Assembly: GCA_038087875.1 (NCBI GenBank)
Contig: JAXLNO010000357.1
Coordinates: 1 to 64,000, forward strand
Length of the DNA: 64,000 bases
Direction of reading: 5' to 3'
From: Malacoraja senta
Lineage: Eukaryota
The translations under genes were made by a program, and so were the position numbers. Positions within the stretch are counted from its first letter, which is position 1. Every line of letters begins with the position of its first letter. The notes under the pieces are model-generated. The model was given only the letters and a program-made list of their open reading frames with translations, was not told the DNA's origin and made no database searches. Shown piece after piece: positions 12,036 through 25,299 of this stretch.

Positions 12036-13620
12036 CTATGATTTGTTTTAATGTTGCCTGGTGCTTCCTTAACATATAGAAATGTGCCTTTTAGAAATTA
12101 GATGGCATAACAAAGCAAAATTGGACTTAAACAACAGATTATAGGTACAGCTTTCCGATTAGCCTTGTATATTTTGCAGAGATGGGTAATTAGCAAGTTC
12201 AACACAAAGTGGTCTTTGAAACTAAGCTTTGTCTTTGCCTGAAACTCAACTGGAGTGCTTCTGGAAATAAAAAAATATATATTAAAAAATCTGCTGATGG
12301 AAAGTTGAAATAAAATCAGAAAATACTAAAAACAAATAGCAGGTCAGTCAGCATCTATGGAAAAAAGGTTAGCTTTATGTTCAATGCTTTCATCATCGCT
12401 ATATAAATAAAATCTTTTATTATTATTATTATCATCATACTGTTTGTGGCATATTTGACAGGACTACACATCCCTCTGATTAGTTAAATTATTATTTTTC
12501 ATCAAATATCACTGCTTGATTCTGCCCTGCCCTCACTTGTCTGGTACTAAAACTCTCCACCATGTTACCTGTAAACTTAACAAATTCAGTCCAGCCTTTC
12601 ATATTCCTCATTCTTTAAATGCATGGCCATCCAATATTCAGCTACACAAGTCCTAGATTTCACCTATCACCCTTTTGTTTTTTGAACCACATTGGATAAT
12701 GATCAATCCGTGCTTCACTTTAAAAATTATCAACTTGTTTCCATATCTCACCATGGCTTTGCTCCTTCCTAACCATGGACTTTGTTCCAGGGCTAGGAGG
12801 TCTCTGTAGTCCGGTGGCATCAGCTATTCCCCACCAGAGATGGCCACACTATCAACTGGGAAGGTCCATGAATTTCTATATATCTGCAAGACTCCCTGTC
12901 CTCTTTTAAAATATTCTTCAAACCCCCCTGACTCTCTCTCTATCCAAGATGTTACCCACCTGCACTGTCATCTCCATAAGTGACTCAGTATGAATCAATG
13001 TTTGAAAATGCTCCTGCAAAGCATTTGGTACAATTAAAAGCTGCGATATAAATGTTGTTACATTTCTCTTTTGTTTATATATGATATAACCTAAAATGTA
13101 AAAGTGTGATGTAGTCCAGAGTTGGCATTAATTCTCAATTGGAAGTGTTAAACATGCAGTATGTGACAATCTACATGCACAACTGCCAGTTTTGAAATTT
13201 GATTCCATTCAATTCAGTGAAAGTAACTTTGAATAATATATATGCTTCTACACCATGGTCAAGAAAAATATTTATAACTAGACTAAGTGGGACCCGTTGG
13301 GGGGGTGGGGTTCTGGGGCACTAGCATGGGTGTTGTGGGTCAAGTCAAGTTAAGCACAGTGAGTGCAGGGCCAACAGTCCATTTCAATCCATTTCATGTC
13401 AAGTCAATCCATTTCAAGTCAAGCACAGGGCAGGTGGGGCCAGCCAACAATACAATCCATTTGCTTTCATTTCAGGTGAGGTCAAGCAAAGTAAAGGCAA
13501 AGCCAAAGCAAAAGCAAAAGCACAGGGCAGGCGGGGCCAGGCAACAATACAATCCATTTGCTTTCATTTCAGGTGACGTCAAGCAAAACAAAGGCAAAGT
13601 AAAAGCAAAAGCACAGGGCA

Positions 13621-13788
13621 GCAACGTTTCAGGTCGAGACCCTTCTTCAGACCCTTCTTCTTCTGAAGAAGGGTCTTGACCCGAAACGTTGCCTATTTCC
13701 TTCGCTCCATAGATTCTGCCTCACCCGCTGAGTTTCTCCAGCATTTTTGTCTACCTTCGATTTTCCAGCATCTGCAGTTCCTTCTTAA
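13621..13788 (+). mobile_element. Hammerhead-bearing Penelope-derived segment inside the Helitron
   Basis: Minus-strand core 13622-13650, plus-strand core CTGAAGA...GAAACGTT at 13663-13690, then terminal repeat to ctgcagttccttctt. Confidence 0.8.
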
Positions 13789-13789
13789 T

Positions 13790-14040
13790 CATTCATTGCA
13801 AGCACATTACTGGCTAACAAATCATTTATTGCAAGCACATTAAGGGTTAAAAAATCATCATACATTGCAAGCACATTGCTGGCTAACAAATCATTTATTG
13901 CAAGCACATTAAGGGTTAACAAATCATCATTCATTACAAGCACATTTCTGGCTAACAAATAATTTATTGCAAGCACATAAAGGGTTAACCACATAAAGCA
14001 CATAACCACATTAAGCACATAACCACATAAACCACATAAA
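13790..14040. repeat. About 69 bp minisatellite (about 3 copies, dimer of ttgcaagcacatt subunits) plus accacataa repeats
   Basis: Repeats visible directly; explains the repetitive ORF 13785-14018. Confidence 0.9.
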
Positions 14041-16324
14041 GGGTAGACTCACAATTCAGTAGACACACAGCAGAATCACAGTTGTGGCCTCTCCCTCGCA
14101 ATCTTCCAGAGTGACTGAGTCACGTCCAGGCATCCAGGGTTTTATAGTCCTGCTCCCCCCCCCTGGAAGGGGCGTTACCTTCATCGTGGTGGTTGACTGG
14201 CGAGAGGACCAATCAGCTGAACTCAAGTTTTTTAAACATTCATAATTTCTTTATTTTTCATCGATCGGAAAAATCTTCAGGGCTGCCTCAGCGGAGGAGG
14301 ATTGTGAGTAAGATGGCCAAAATTTATATCGATATATGGTAGCGTTTTTTTCTAAAATCAATATACAGTGCAGACAGGAAGTGGTCAAGATGAGACTTAT
14401 AGTTATATAGATAAGCAACTTGGTGTTGTTGAAAATTAGAGAAGAACAACTATGTACAAATTCCTAGGCGGTTTAGAAAACGTTGGGAAACATTTCTTCA
14501 TTTTTTTGCAAAGGTTTTCATTCTCTCTGGCACTTTTTCACCATAGAACTTTTCAAATTCATCAATAGTATTGCATGTACCAACGTATTCTGAATATTTT
14601 CAACTTCAATGGTTCTGTTTTACTCACAGAACAATCAGAATTTACCTTTCATGTATATGCATGTTTCCCGAAGTAAATGACCAATGCACAAACTGTATTT
14701 TTTGACCCGACCACGATCACTGATCTCCTCCAGCTTCAAGTATACTCACTGCTTGGCCCATGTACTTCATCTTAGTCTCAGCTTTCTATCCCCAAGTTTA
14801 TTCTAGGCTCCTTCTACTGATCTCTACCACAACTTACAAGCCATTGCTGACTGGTGCATAAGGGAGGTTACTCAAATTCCATTGTTGCAGAGAGAACACA
14901 TCATTGACTTTTCTTTTAGCCTAAAGGAGCAGGCAGTGGGTGCACTTAGGCTTCTTCAACGTGCAGAACCTCTCCATGCCTATGAACTTCGCCCATGCAC
15001 AAGAGATCATTTTACTATGCAGGTTGGTATTCATTCCCAAAGCGAGAGTGAACTTCTTGGACATTGTATGGGTTTAGTAGGAACCATTATTTGCATGCAA
15101 AATATAAACAGCAAAGACAAATAAACATTCTATGGCTATTTTATTTTTCAATAACTACTATTGATAATGTCTTCATTTATTTTATTATTGCATCCTAAAA
15201 AAGAAACAATTAGGTGAAAATGATATAGAGCAGCTTCCCACCACAGCGAAGTTCAGTGATTCTCAGTCAAGAAATTATTCCACGTCATATACTTGTCATT
15301 CAAACAGCAACGTATGTCATGGTAATGCTGTTTGTTAAAATCGGAGATAAGAGCAGGAGCTTCAATAATAAGATTCATAGATTAGTTTTACCTTTGTCCA
15401 ACCTATGTGATATGGCTAAGAATGGCAGTAATAGATTGGAATGATCCCAAGATGAGGAAACTGGGACTGACTGTAAACCTGACATCCACAGGTAAAGAAG
15501 TGCCTGCACACACGGACTTATATTTGAGGTCACTGGGTTCACCTCACTGTGGACAATTTGAGTATTTGTTCTTTAATGAGCAAAACGTCAAGGGAAATGG
15601 CGTTAGTAAAACTTGATTGTTTGCAAGCAATTAAGAATTATTGTTTTTCAGATCAGTGGGATTGAAACGTTACTGCAGGTGAACTTTGTGGGATAGGCAA
15701 CTGATTACATCAATGTAGGTATGTTACAAAACTTACCTTCAGCAGCACTGCTGTTCTGTCACTGCCCGTGTGCGCGACTTTGGCGCCTTTGAGAGGGGGG
15801 GGGTTTAAAATGCGGTATTTCTCCAGCCTATTCAAATCGATTTTGAACAGGCTTTTTAGATGCTGAAGAAAAATCACTTCGACATCGGTTTTATTAAATT
15901 TATTTTAAACTGCACTGGATAATTTAATTGCTGGAGTAAATTAAAAAGCATCTTCTAAAGCCGTCAATGCCGACAACGGGGATGGATTTCACGCACGGGA
16001 CAGGTAAAAGAAAGCCGTTTATTTTACATATAAACGTGCTTCTTAGGATGCCTTTAATCAAAATTTTACGTTGCGAAAAGGTGACTGTAAATATACGAAC
16101 CGGCAGTATTTTTCCTGCCGATATGGGGGTTTAAATTCACCGCAAATGCAACGTTCCAATCGATCCCGTTCCACAAAATCCCACTCGCAAGATGATTTAA
16201 ATGGCCATTAATTTACGGGAATTAAACACTAAATTCCTTCCATTTGGCCTATAAATTCATGACAATGAGATTAAAAAATCATGTTATGTTGTGAATTCTT
16301 GTGTGAATGTTATTTGGACACTTA

Positions 16325-16885
16325 AAGGCCTGTCTCACGAGTCTGCGGTCATTGGCGGCGAAACAGGAACTATCTACCGCTCCTGGGCCGCCAGAGACCG
16401 CGGGCTCGGTCAAACGCACAATTCTGGGGCCGTGCGGCGTTGTTCCCAACACCGCACGGTGCTAAAAAAAAACAACACTGTCCAAAAATATGTTCCTACC
16501 GCACAGCCGCCGCCAGTGAGGCACGAGTGCGGCACGGCCGCCGCCACAGCCGCCGCCAGTGAGGCACGAGCGCCGTGAGTCGAACCTGCACCGCCACAGC
16601 CTCTGCCAGTGAGGCACGTGTGCGGCACGGCCGCCGCCACAGTCGCCGCCAGTGAGGTACGTGTGCGGCACAGCCGCCGAAAGTGAGGTACGTGTGCGGC
16701 ACGGCCGCCGCCACAGCCCCGCGATCCGAAAGACATCATCAGCCGAAACCGCAAGCTCGTTGAACCGGCCGTACTTGGCCCCCCGCGCAGCATCCGTGCG
16801 GCGCTCTCGTGGTTGCCGTGCGGTCCCCTCTTCCGGCGACGCCGCGCTTCACCGCCAACGACCGCAAACCCGTGGGACAGAGCCT
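16325..16885. mobile_element. Harbinger-type MITE nested in the 7 bp TSD element
   Basis: Ends aaggcctgtctcacg / cgtgggacagagcct; TTA TSD 16322-16324 and 16886-16888; GC-rich in an AT-rich host. Confidence 0.85.
16501..16720. repeat. GC-rich about 43 bp tandem repeat, about 5 copies
   Basis: Unit cacagccgccgccagtgaggcacgtgtgcggcacggccgccgc. Confidence 0.9.
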
Positions 16886-18321
16886 TTAGGCTATTTAAAA
16901 ATGTTAATCTTTTCTTAAGAAGGATAGATGTTTAGATTTAGTAATTGAATTTTGTAATTAGCTACAATTAAGTAACTTCAGGTTAATTTCAGGTCATCCA
17001 AGTAAGATTGTTTCATATTTGTTTCAGAATGCTTTAATCTATAATAACTGAAAATGTATTTCAGTTCTCTTAATTTTTAAGAAAGTTATGGGCTTTTGAC
17101 TGTCCTCAATCACAGCTTTTGTGTTCAGTCAATGGAAAAGCAATAGGGAACAAGATGCTAATTTCCGAGTATGAAAAAGGCCATAACTTTTTTAATACTG
17201 AAGATATGAAAGTGAATTAGGTGTCAAATTAAACTTATTTTTATGCTTTATCTGATGGGATAAATTGCAGACTTGATTTTTTAAATCTCAAAATTTTGTA
17301 ACATTGCTAATCAATGGCAGTGTTTTATTGTGAAATAAAAAGCATTAAGGAGAATGTAAATCCCTGCATAAAATGAACAGATGGACACAGAAATGTCTGC
17401 TAAATTGCTTTGCCTGAGTATAGTATATTTTCTCCTCAGAACTACATTTTGTCTATATAAACCGAAAGCTCAAAACTAAAATTATCTTTAACTCACTAAA
17501 TCATCAGTGGGGGGGAAAACGTTCTCAATAGCAGCTATTTAAATACAATCTTTGAAAGAGCTTTTAAAAAAAAATGCAATTGACTGTAGAAAAACAATAA
17601 ATAGGGTTGACAGAAGGTTATTGCTGTAAACATGATTATCTAACGGATCTTTCTTTTTGTGATATTGTGTGTAAAGCTCATCTGCAGCAAACAAAAATTC
17701 ACATCTGCTGGTGACAAACCTTGAGGTTCAACTCAATGTTCAAAAAGATACTTGATCAGTCTGAAATAGCCCATTTGGTTTGTCAATGTTAATATCAGCC
17801 AAACGACCTTCTGCCAAGCTTAATATTTGTTTTATTAGACATCCTTTCTATAAATTCACAGATAAAACATAGTGCTACATTTGTAAACAAGGTGTACCTG
17901 CTTGTGTGGTTTTACCTGGCATGTTATTATCACCCAAGCATGACAGTTTTAACTCAGCCTTCCCATCAGAAAGCAATCTATCCAGTTTTATGTTTCTAAA
18001 TCTTAAACTAACACCAAAAAGATTACGAAGCCCACTAGGTTTCAATGTATTTCTAATTACTGAACGATAAATAATGTGTTGGGATGCATGTAAAACTAGA
18101 ATCACATATTGCTAAATTTATGATCTCTGCGATAGTTTGTCACAGAAGGATTTATCAAAGATGGTTTTAATTTTCATCTATTTATTTTTTCAGTGTATGC
18201 TACAAAGAATCATATTACGTGCACATACATGACTAGCTATCCCAAGTTTGACAGATTTAACAAAAAATTATTTGGGATCAGAAATGGTTGATTTCCTCAT
18301 CATTAACTAGAACAGTTAAGA

Positions 18322-18620
18322 GTGGCACAGTGACATGAAACAGTTCACAGCTGGTAGAGCTGCTGCCTCACAGAGATAGAGATTGAGTTTGATCCTGACC
18401 TCAGGTGCTGACTGTGTGGAGTTTGCACATTCTCCCTGGATCAGCATGGGATTTCTCACAGGTCGCATAGACATGCTGGTTTGTAATTAATTGGTCTCTG
18501 TCCATATGTAGGAAGTGGATGGGAAAGTGGGATAACATAAAATTATTGTGAACAGATGATTGGTGTGGACTCAGTTGGCCTAAGGGCCTGTTTCGAAGCT
18601 TTATCTCTAAACTAAACTAA
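18322..18620 (+). mobile_element. V-SINE, diverged
   Basis: ggtagagctgctgcctcacag head; aagggcctgttt...tctctaaactaaactaa tail. Confidence 0.85.
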
Positions 18621-20014
18621 CACTGCACACTTAAGTCTTCATTTGTAGAGGATTGATTATGTTTAAAACAGTTCCAAAATTAACTATGATTGTTGAAATG
18701 AATATACCAAAGGAATTTTGTTTTAAAACACAACATTTTATGAAGAACATTTCACTAGTTTAGTCATCCTTAGCATGATTTTCATTTATATTGTTATTCT
18801 TTTCAGATCTGGGGTTAGATGTTATTCTACCACACAATGCTCAGTACCTAATTAAAATGGATGTTCTATTATATTTTGTTCTGGTTATTAAACCTACTGC
18901 ACTCAATACAGATCTGTGCTGCAGGACAGATCCATTTCTTGCCATAATTATTCAAAGCTCCAGTGTTGTCAATGCCAAACACAAATATGTTTCTGTCTCG
19001 ATTATTTACTGATCGAGAAAGTAGCAGAACTCATCACAAATCCAAAATGGAGAAGCTTTAATGACATAAGGTAACTAAGGCAATTCTTCACGGGAATAGA
19101 AAATCCAATATCTGGAAGGCAAAATCTTGAAGGGAGGTAGTCCACATTACCTCCTGGACTACCATGGATTACATAAGAGACTCGGAGAAGAATTTTTCAA
19201 ACCATCTTTTCCCCCAAAAGTCCTAATATCTCTTGCCTCTCCCAGGACATTATATGGCTGTGAGACTGAGAGGGACAGGTGGTACAGAGGGTGGAACATA
19301 GGTGGGAGAAAGGGTCATTTGTCCAGCTTTCAGAATGTGGGGACAACTATTTTGGTTCTCCCGATGTATTTGTTAGTATGTTACCACATACCTTCAACAT
19401 TTTCCAGGTTTTACACAGAATCATGAGAGACAGTGCTCATTAATTTCCATCTCCATAACCCTTTAATCCTGCAACTCTCAATTATGAAATGTAATTGCAT
19501 CATGAATCTATCCATAGCTTTGCCCGTGATTTATTTTTTGCACATTTCCACTTCAAGTCTCAATTACATTTTTCCGTTTAACTCATGCCAATCGTTTTTG
19601 AGCTCTTGATAGTACTAGATTACTGCTGATTCCATATAGTCAAATGGTTTGCATTCACAGAAAATAATATGGAATCTAGGAATGTAAACAATTTTCTGTA
19701 TTCGTTAAGAAGAAGGATATTAACATTTATTCAATCCTGCAAATAACATTCATGAAATGTAATTGTAATACAAACTAAAAATTTCAAGGACATTATGGAT
19801 GTGAAGTCAATCATTTATGAAATAATGTTGACAATTGGAAATTAAGATGCATAGGTTGTCTGAACAATCATCTGTTTGCTGACAGTCCTCAAATTAAGCT
19901 TTTCCTATGACCATTTCCCTGTGTATCAGCTTTCTCACTATCTGTTTGAGAGCAACTGTGTTTATTCATGTCTTCCACATTCTACAATTATTCAGTTAAC
20001 TCCATTCTTAACCA

Positions 20015-20147
20015 TTTCTGGAGAAGGGTCTCGATCCGAAACGTCACCCATTCCTTCTCTCCACAGATGCTGCCTGTCCCGCTGAGTTACTCCAGCTTTT
20101 TGTGTCTATCTTCTATTTAAACCAGCAGCTGCAGTTCATTCCTACAG
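20015..20147 (+). mobile_element. Penelope-derived terminal repeat with mutated hammerhead core
   Basis: ctggagaagggtctcgatccgaaacgtc...ctgcagttc. Confidence 0.8.
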
Positions 20148-20476
20148 ATTTAACTTTTTTGTTTAATGTCCATAATCTTAATTTATCCAGGCTTTATTGT
20201 AAGGCTCTTGTCAAGTTATGAATATTTATTTTCATCAATACAAATGACAAGTAAAGATGTAGCTGAAGACTTGATGAAGAACTGTGCTTTAAAGTTAATC
20301 CCATGAATAGCTATGGTACAAATGTGAAATTATTTCACATCATAAATGTTCCTTGCTATTTATAATAGAGGTGGTAATTCAATCAAGGTCATAGATAGAG
20401 TTTAGATTCCTTTATTAAAACTTGCAGATGATTGAAAGAGTTTGGAAAAAATATTGATTTGAACTAACGATTAGGA

Positions 20477-20770
20477 GTGGCGCAGTGGTAGAGCTGGTGC
20501 CTTACAGCGCCAGACATACAGGTGTGATCCTGACTACAGGTGCTGTCTGAACAGAGTTTGTACGTTCTCTCTGTGACCCAGTGGGTTTTCTCTGGGTGCT
20601 CCGGTTTCCACACACTCCAAAGACATACAGGTTTGTAGGTTAATTGGCTTCAGTAAAATTGTAAATTGTCCCTAGTGTGTAGAATAGTACTAGTGTACGG
20701 GGTAATCGCTGGTCGTCGTGGACTCAGTGGGCCGATGAGCCTGTTTAGGCGTTGTATCTCTAAAGTCTAA
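20477..20770 (+). mobile_element. V-SINE
   Basis: gtggcgcagtggtagag head, central domain, tgtatctctaaagtctaaa tail. Confidence 0.9.
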
Positions 20771-21394
20771 AAGTAAAGATTGTCACTGAATGTGACAAGG
20801 CAGGTCATCGTGCTCCAACAGACAAAGGTACATGACTTCTATGTTTAAGTCAACTGTCCAAGCTGCTAGGCACTTCCTGAGAGAGTTTCTCAATGAGATC
20901 TCATTTTTTATCAAGAGAAGTGCCTACCACTCTCAGTTACACAAGTGCAGACAGGGCTTCAACTGCTATATTAACTGCTTCCTCGAAAGTTGAAGCAAAA
21001 GAATGGAAAGACTATCAAGAAACTTCACAGCACTTCTCTGTTTAAGTTCCGTTTATTTATTAGCAAGATGTGAACCACGTTGCCAAGGACCGCTAATTGT
21101 TCTCGAAGAGGTGGTGGCGAGTCATATCTCAGCATATGGATTTACAGCATCTGCAGTTTTCCTTTCTTTGATTTGTATTTACTGTGCAAGCCAAAGATAT
21201 GCTAAAGATCAGCTACCAGTGTCTCTGATTGTCCACTGCCCCACTGGACATAGTACTGAATCCCAGTAACAAAAGTGTGATTCACTGCAGAAAAGATTAA
21301 TCGTTACAAGTCTGCCCCTCTGCTACATGTCAGAGAGGGCTAACACATGAGTGACGACCTATTCACAATAATACTGTTGACAAAGATATTGCTT

Positions 21395-21523
21395 TGTAGA
21401 AACAAGGAACTGCAGATGCTGGTTTACAGAAAAAGGTACAAAGTGCTGGAGTAAAACAACGGGTCTGGCAGCATCGCTGGAGTACATGGATAGTGACATT
21501 TTGGGTCAGGACTTCTTCAGACT
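21395..21523 (-). mobile_element. Penelope-derived terminal repeat
   Basis: ggaactgcagatgctgg...cttcttcagact, reverse orientation. Confidence 0.75.
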
Positions 21524-21527
21524 GTAT

Positions 21528-21775
21528 TTATAAAGTATAAAGTATAAAGTATCCTTTATTGTCATTCAGACATTTCGGTCTGAACAAAATTGCATACCTT
21601 GCAGTCATGACATAGAATAAAATAACAGAACACACAATTAACACAGTTTAACATCCACCACAGCGAGTCTACCAGGCACCTCCTCACTGTGATGGAAGGC
21701 AAAAATCTTAAAGTCCTTGTCTCTTCCCTCCTTGTTCTCCCTCTGCGTTGAGGCGATCCAGGCTTTCGATGTTTT
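21528..21775 (-). mobile_element. 5'-truncated non-coding retroposon with Rex1-type tail
   Basis: Minus strand gccttccatcacagtgagg hairpin, atgacaataaa and (tacttta)n tail; related to 25950-26813. Confidence 0.75.
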
Positions 21776-23229
21776 GATTTAGAGTCTTTTGCTTATTTTT
21801 AAAGTATTTTAATGTTATTTAATTTTTCATTTTAACATTGTTAAAATCAATTTGAATGTTATTTCAAAGGCTCCGACCATCAGAGATTTTTAAAAGCTGC
21901 CCAAACGCCTTTGACATCTTGCAAGCTATTAAAAGCTGCCAGTCTGATCCAGGTCCTGAGTATGAGATGCCCAAAGTCAACTCAAGACTGCACTTCATCA
22001 GATGAGTTAGTTCTTCAACCCTCGGCATCTAAAATAAATTGTTGACCGCTGGTGACCTTGAGGAGTGATCTGCCTTCAGGTCTTGTCTAACATAATTCCA
22101 TTTTAAAATCAGCAGCAGATTTTGAATTTTTTTTACCAAATACAATTTCCAGCATTGTAGGCTGATCTCTCAATGATTTGGAGGCAGTTACCACAAGCGT
22201 ATTTTTTTTATCTTAGAGTTCACAAAGCTGTTCTATTTCTATTAATTTGTGCTTTCAGACCTAAGTGACCCAAAGGTTTATTGTTATCAGTTTACTGTGT
22301 TAACACTGCATTACACTGCTTTAATCATTTTGGAATATCAGATTAAACATAAGCTTCATGATGCAACTTTAATTCAGAATCAATTTTTTTTTAAAGCTGA
22401 AAACATTTAATAAGATCAAAAGAATATCTGAATATATTTTTTCACCTCCTCCTCTTCCCCAATAGGTAGTGAGTAAGGGTAGAACATGACTTACTTCTCC
22501 TTCTGTGGTTGCGGAGATGGCTGAAAAGGCGGTCACAAGTCGGGCAGGTCATGCGTAAAGGGATGGTTCGATGAATAGACTTCAACGTAATTTACCACTT
22601 GTCACTCTTCGCAAGGAAACTCCATGTATTCTTGCTTTAAGGACACAACAATCGATGCCTTCTCAGATAGTTCTCCTCCAATTTAAGCAGTGACAAGCTA
22701 ATGGTTCACATGAGTCAGCAAAGCCACTACAAATTTTCAAGGAGATTTTCAAAGAGGTTGTCCTTGAAGAACTGTCTCTGTACTTCTGCAAATCTCATGT
22801 TGTCATAGAACTTGTAGTCAAGACCTGTTAATAGATGGATGTGGCTCACACACCTGAGCTGGTTGATTGGAGCCTTGGTGCAGAGGGCATTCACCTTGGA
22901 AAGATTGCTGATGTTGGCTTGTCCGTTCCGTATTTCCTCACAATATATGCCTTAAATTCAATGCATTAAATCTGATTGAATTCACAGAGCATTTCTATTC
23001 CCCCACCAATTGTCCCGCTTACATATTCTCCCTCCATTCTCATCTACTTCCATTGATTGCAACATTTCCTACACAAAAGTATCAACTTAGAGTGCCAACC
23101 AGCAGATACTTGGGATGTGGGAAGAAACTGGAGCACCCAGAGGAAATTCTTGTGGTCACAGGGAGAACATGCTAACTATGACTCTCTTAACATGACTCCT
23201 AGAGTAACAGGATTAAGAAGTCGCTGGCT

Positions 23230-24141
23230 AGTTACCGTAGCTGAGGATGTCTTTTTGTGTTCTCACCGTCCTCAGCGAGTCGTGCCTCCACGTGGCCCCC
23301 GCTGGAAATGACGATTTTTCGGCGGCCAAAACGACACAGAAAGTAACACGAGAAAGTCTGCGGAGATCGGAGCCCCAGCAGACAAGGGATGCAACTCAAA
23401 CAAAAATCTGGCAGTCAATCCCAAAAGATTGCGCCTAACCAGATGGGACTGGTCCCGGACAAACAACGTCCCCGCAAATGAGCCTCCTGCAGCAGCTCAC
23501 GTGTAAAATGCATATGCGCTGCACATGAGCCAGATCATAATGTCTGCGTGATCTGTGCTAACATCCTCTTCCGCCTAGACCAGCGAAGAGGAGGTGAGAC
23601 AATTACCACCTGAAATTATGCCTTGTTGGTACCAAGGTCGGCTAGCCAGCACCACGAAAACCGGGGGAAAACAGCAAGTGGGGACGAAAACGGCATTCAA
23701 GCCAGGTCACTGCCTGCGGGACCTGTGCTAACATCCTCTTCCACCCAGACCAGCGAAGAGGTGAGACAATTACCACCTTTGGACAATTACCACCTATGCC
23801 TTGCTGGTACCCAGTTCTCAGTGCCATGAGAGCCGGGAAAACAGCAAGTGGGGAACACATCAGATGATGTAAATATGGCAGTAATACCAGCCAGACGACT
23901 TGACAGCTCAGTTCTGTCACCTTACGGTGGTGGACTCCTCGTTTGGTGAACAAAGAGCTGTCCTATTCATGCTGACATTCTAGATCAAGTCAGCCACTAG
24001 ATCGAGCCAGCCCCCCAGTCACCTGGACCTTGGACCTGTGGATTCTCACTGGAAATGACCAACGTGGACGAGCCACGTAAAGACTCGAAAAATACACTCA
24101 TTTAATGGGACCTGTCCCAAGAGTGTTCTCAAATAGCGGCA
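23230..24141. mobile_element. Unclassified GC-richer repeat, possibly a DIRS-like remnant
   Basis: Two about 130 bp direct repeats (23553-23684, 23723-23854) and imperfect inverted motifs near both ends; no convincing ORF. Confidence 0.4.
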
Positions 24142-24147
24142 GAAGTT

Positions 24148-25130
24148 AGAGAGTCATATAACATGGAAACAGGCCCTTCAGCCCAATTAGCCAATGCTGA
24201 TCTAAATGCCCCATCAAGACTAATCCCATCTGCTTGCATTTGGCCCATATCCTTCTAATCTCTCCTATCCATGAACCTGTCCTAATGTCTTTTAAATGTT
24301 GGGATAGTACGTGCTTCAACTTCCTCCTCTGGCAGCTTGTTCCATATACCCACCATCCTTTCTGTGAAAAAAAATGCCCCTCAGGTTCCTTTTAAATTTA
24401 TTCCCTCTCACCTTAAACCTCTGTCCTCTGGGTCTTGATTCCCCTACATTGGGTAAAAGACTGCGCACTTCCCTTATCTCTTCTCCTCATGATCTTATAC
24501 ACCTCTATAAGATCATCCCTCATCCTTCTGCACTCCAAGGAATAAAGTCCTTGCCCACTGAACCTTTCCCTATAATTCTGGACCTGGAGTCCTGGCAACA
24601 TCCTCATAAACCTCCTCTGCACCCATTCCAGCTTAAAACATCTTTCATTTAACAGGGTGACCAAAACTGAATACAATACTCCAAATGAGGCCTCACCTAT
24701 GTTTAGTACATCTGTAACATTACATCCTAACTTCTACACTCAATACTGTGACTGATGGAGGCGAAAGTCGTCTTGACCACCCTATCTAACTGTGATGCCA
24801 ATACAACACCACCCAGAGACCTGCCATTCACTGTGAGGGTTCTACTCTGACTTCCCAAAATGCAAAATCTCACACTTATGTGCATTAAACTCTATTAACC
24901 ATTCCTCAGCACACCTAGCCAACTGATGAAGATCCTACTGAATCTTTTGATAACCATCATCGCTCTCTACCATGCCACCCACTTTCATGTCATCGGCAAA
25001 CTTACTAATCATGCATTGTACTTTCTCGTCTAAATCCTTGATATAAACCACAGGCAGCAATGGGTCCAGCACCAATCCCTGAGGCACACCACTTGTCACA
25101 GGCCTCCAATTTGAAATACAATCTTCCGCC
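24148..25130 (-). mobile_element. CR1 LINE 3' about 1 kb, degraded
   Basis: ORFs SGVPQGLVLDP...ISKFADD and VQRRFMRMLPG...DLIEVYKI; CR1 3' UTR. Confidence 0.9.
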
Positions 25131-25299
25131 ATCAAGTCAGGATTGAAACCGAATCGCTGGTGCTGTGAAGCAGCCACTCTACTTCAGCTAGAGGTTGCTA
25201 ATGAGATCAGAGGGCTTTGGAAAGATTGCATGGAAGTAGTTCTCCAGTGACTTGATGTGCCTTGTATACATGTCTCATGTGTCTTAAGCATGGATGGAC

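Larger units (their letters stand above)
13278..14411 (-). mobile_element. Non-autonomous Helitron
   Basis: Minus strand starts TCTATATAAC at 14411 and ends CTAG at 13278; sits between A and T with no TSD; partial subterminal hairpin; internal tandem repeats. Confidence 0.8.
15716..17309. mobile_element. Non-autonomous TIR DNA transposon with 7 bp TSD (hAT-superfamily-like)
   Basis: TIRs taggtatgttacaaaa / ttttgtaacattgcta (14/16 match); exact TSD atcaatg at 15709-15715 and 17310-17316. Confidence 0.85.

Noticed and set aside
13785..14018. Repetitive hydrophobic peptide ORF
   Set aside because: Translation of a 69 bp minisatellite within a Helitron
16501..16720. CRISPR-like repeat array
   Set aside because: Head-to-tail degenerate minisatellite inside a MITE; no unique spacers, no cas genes, eukaryotic context
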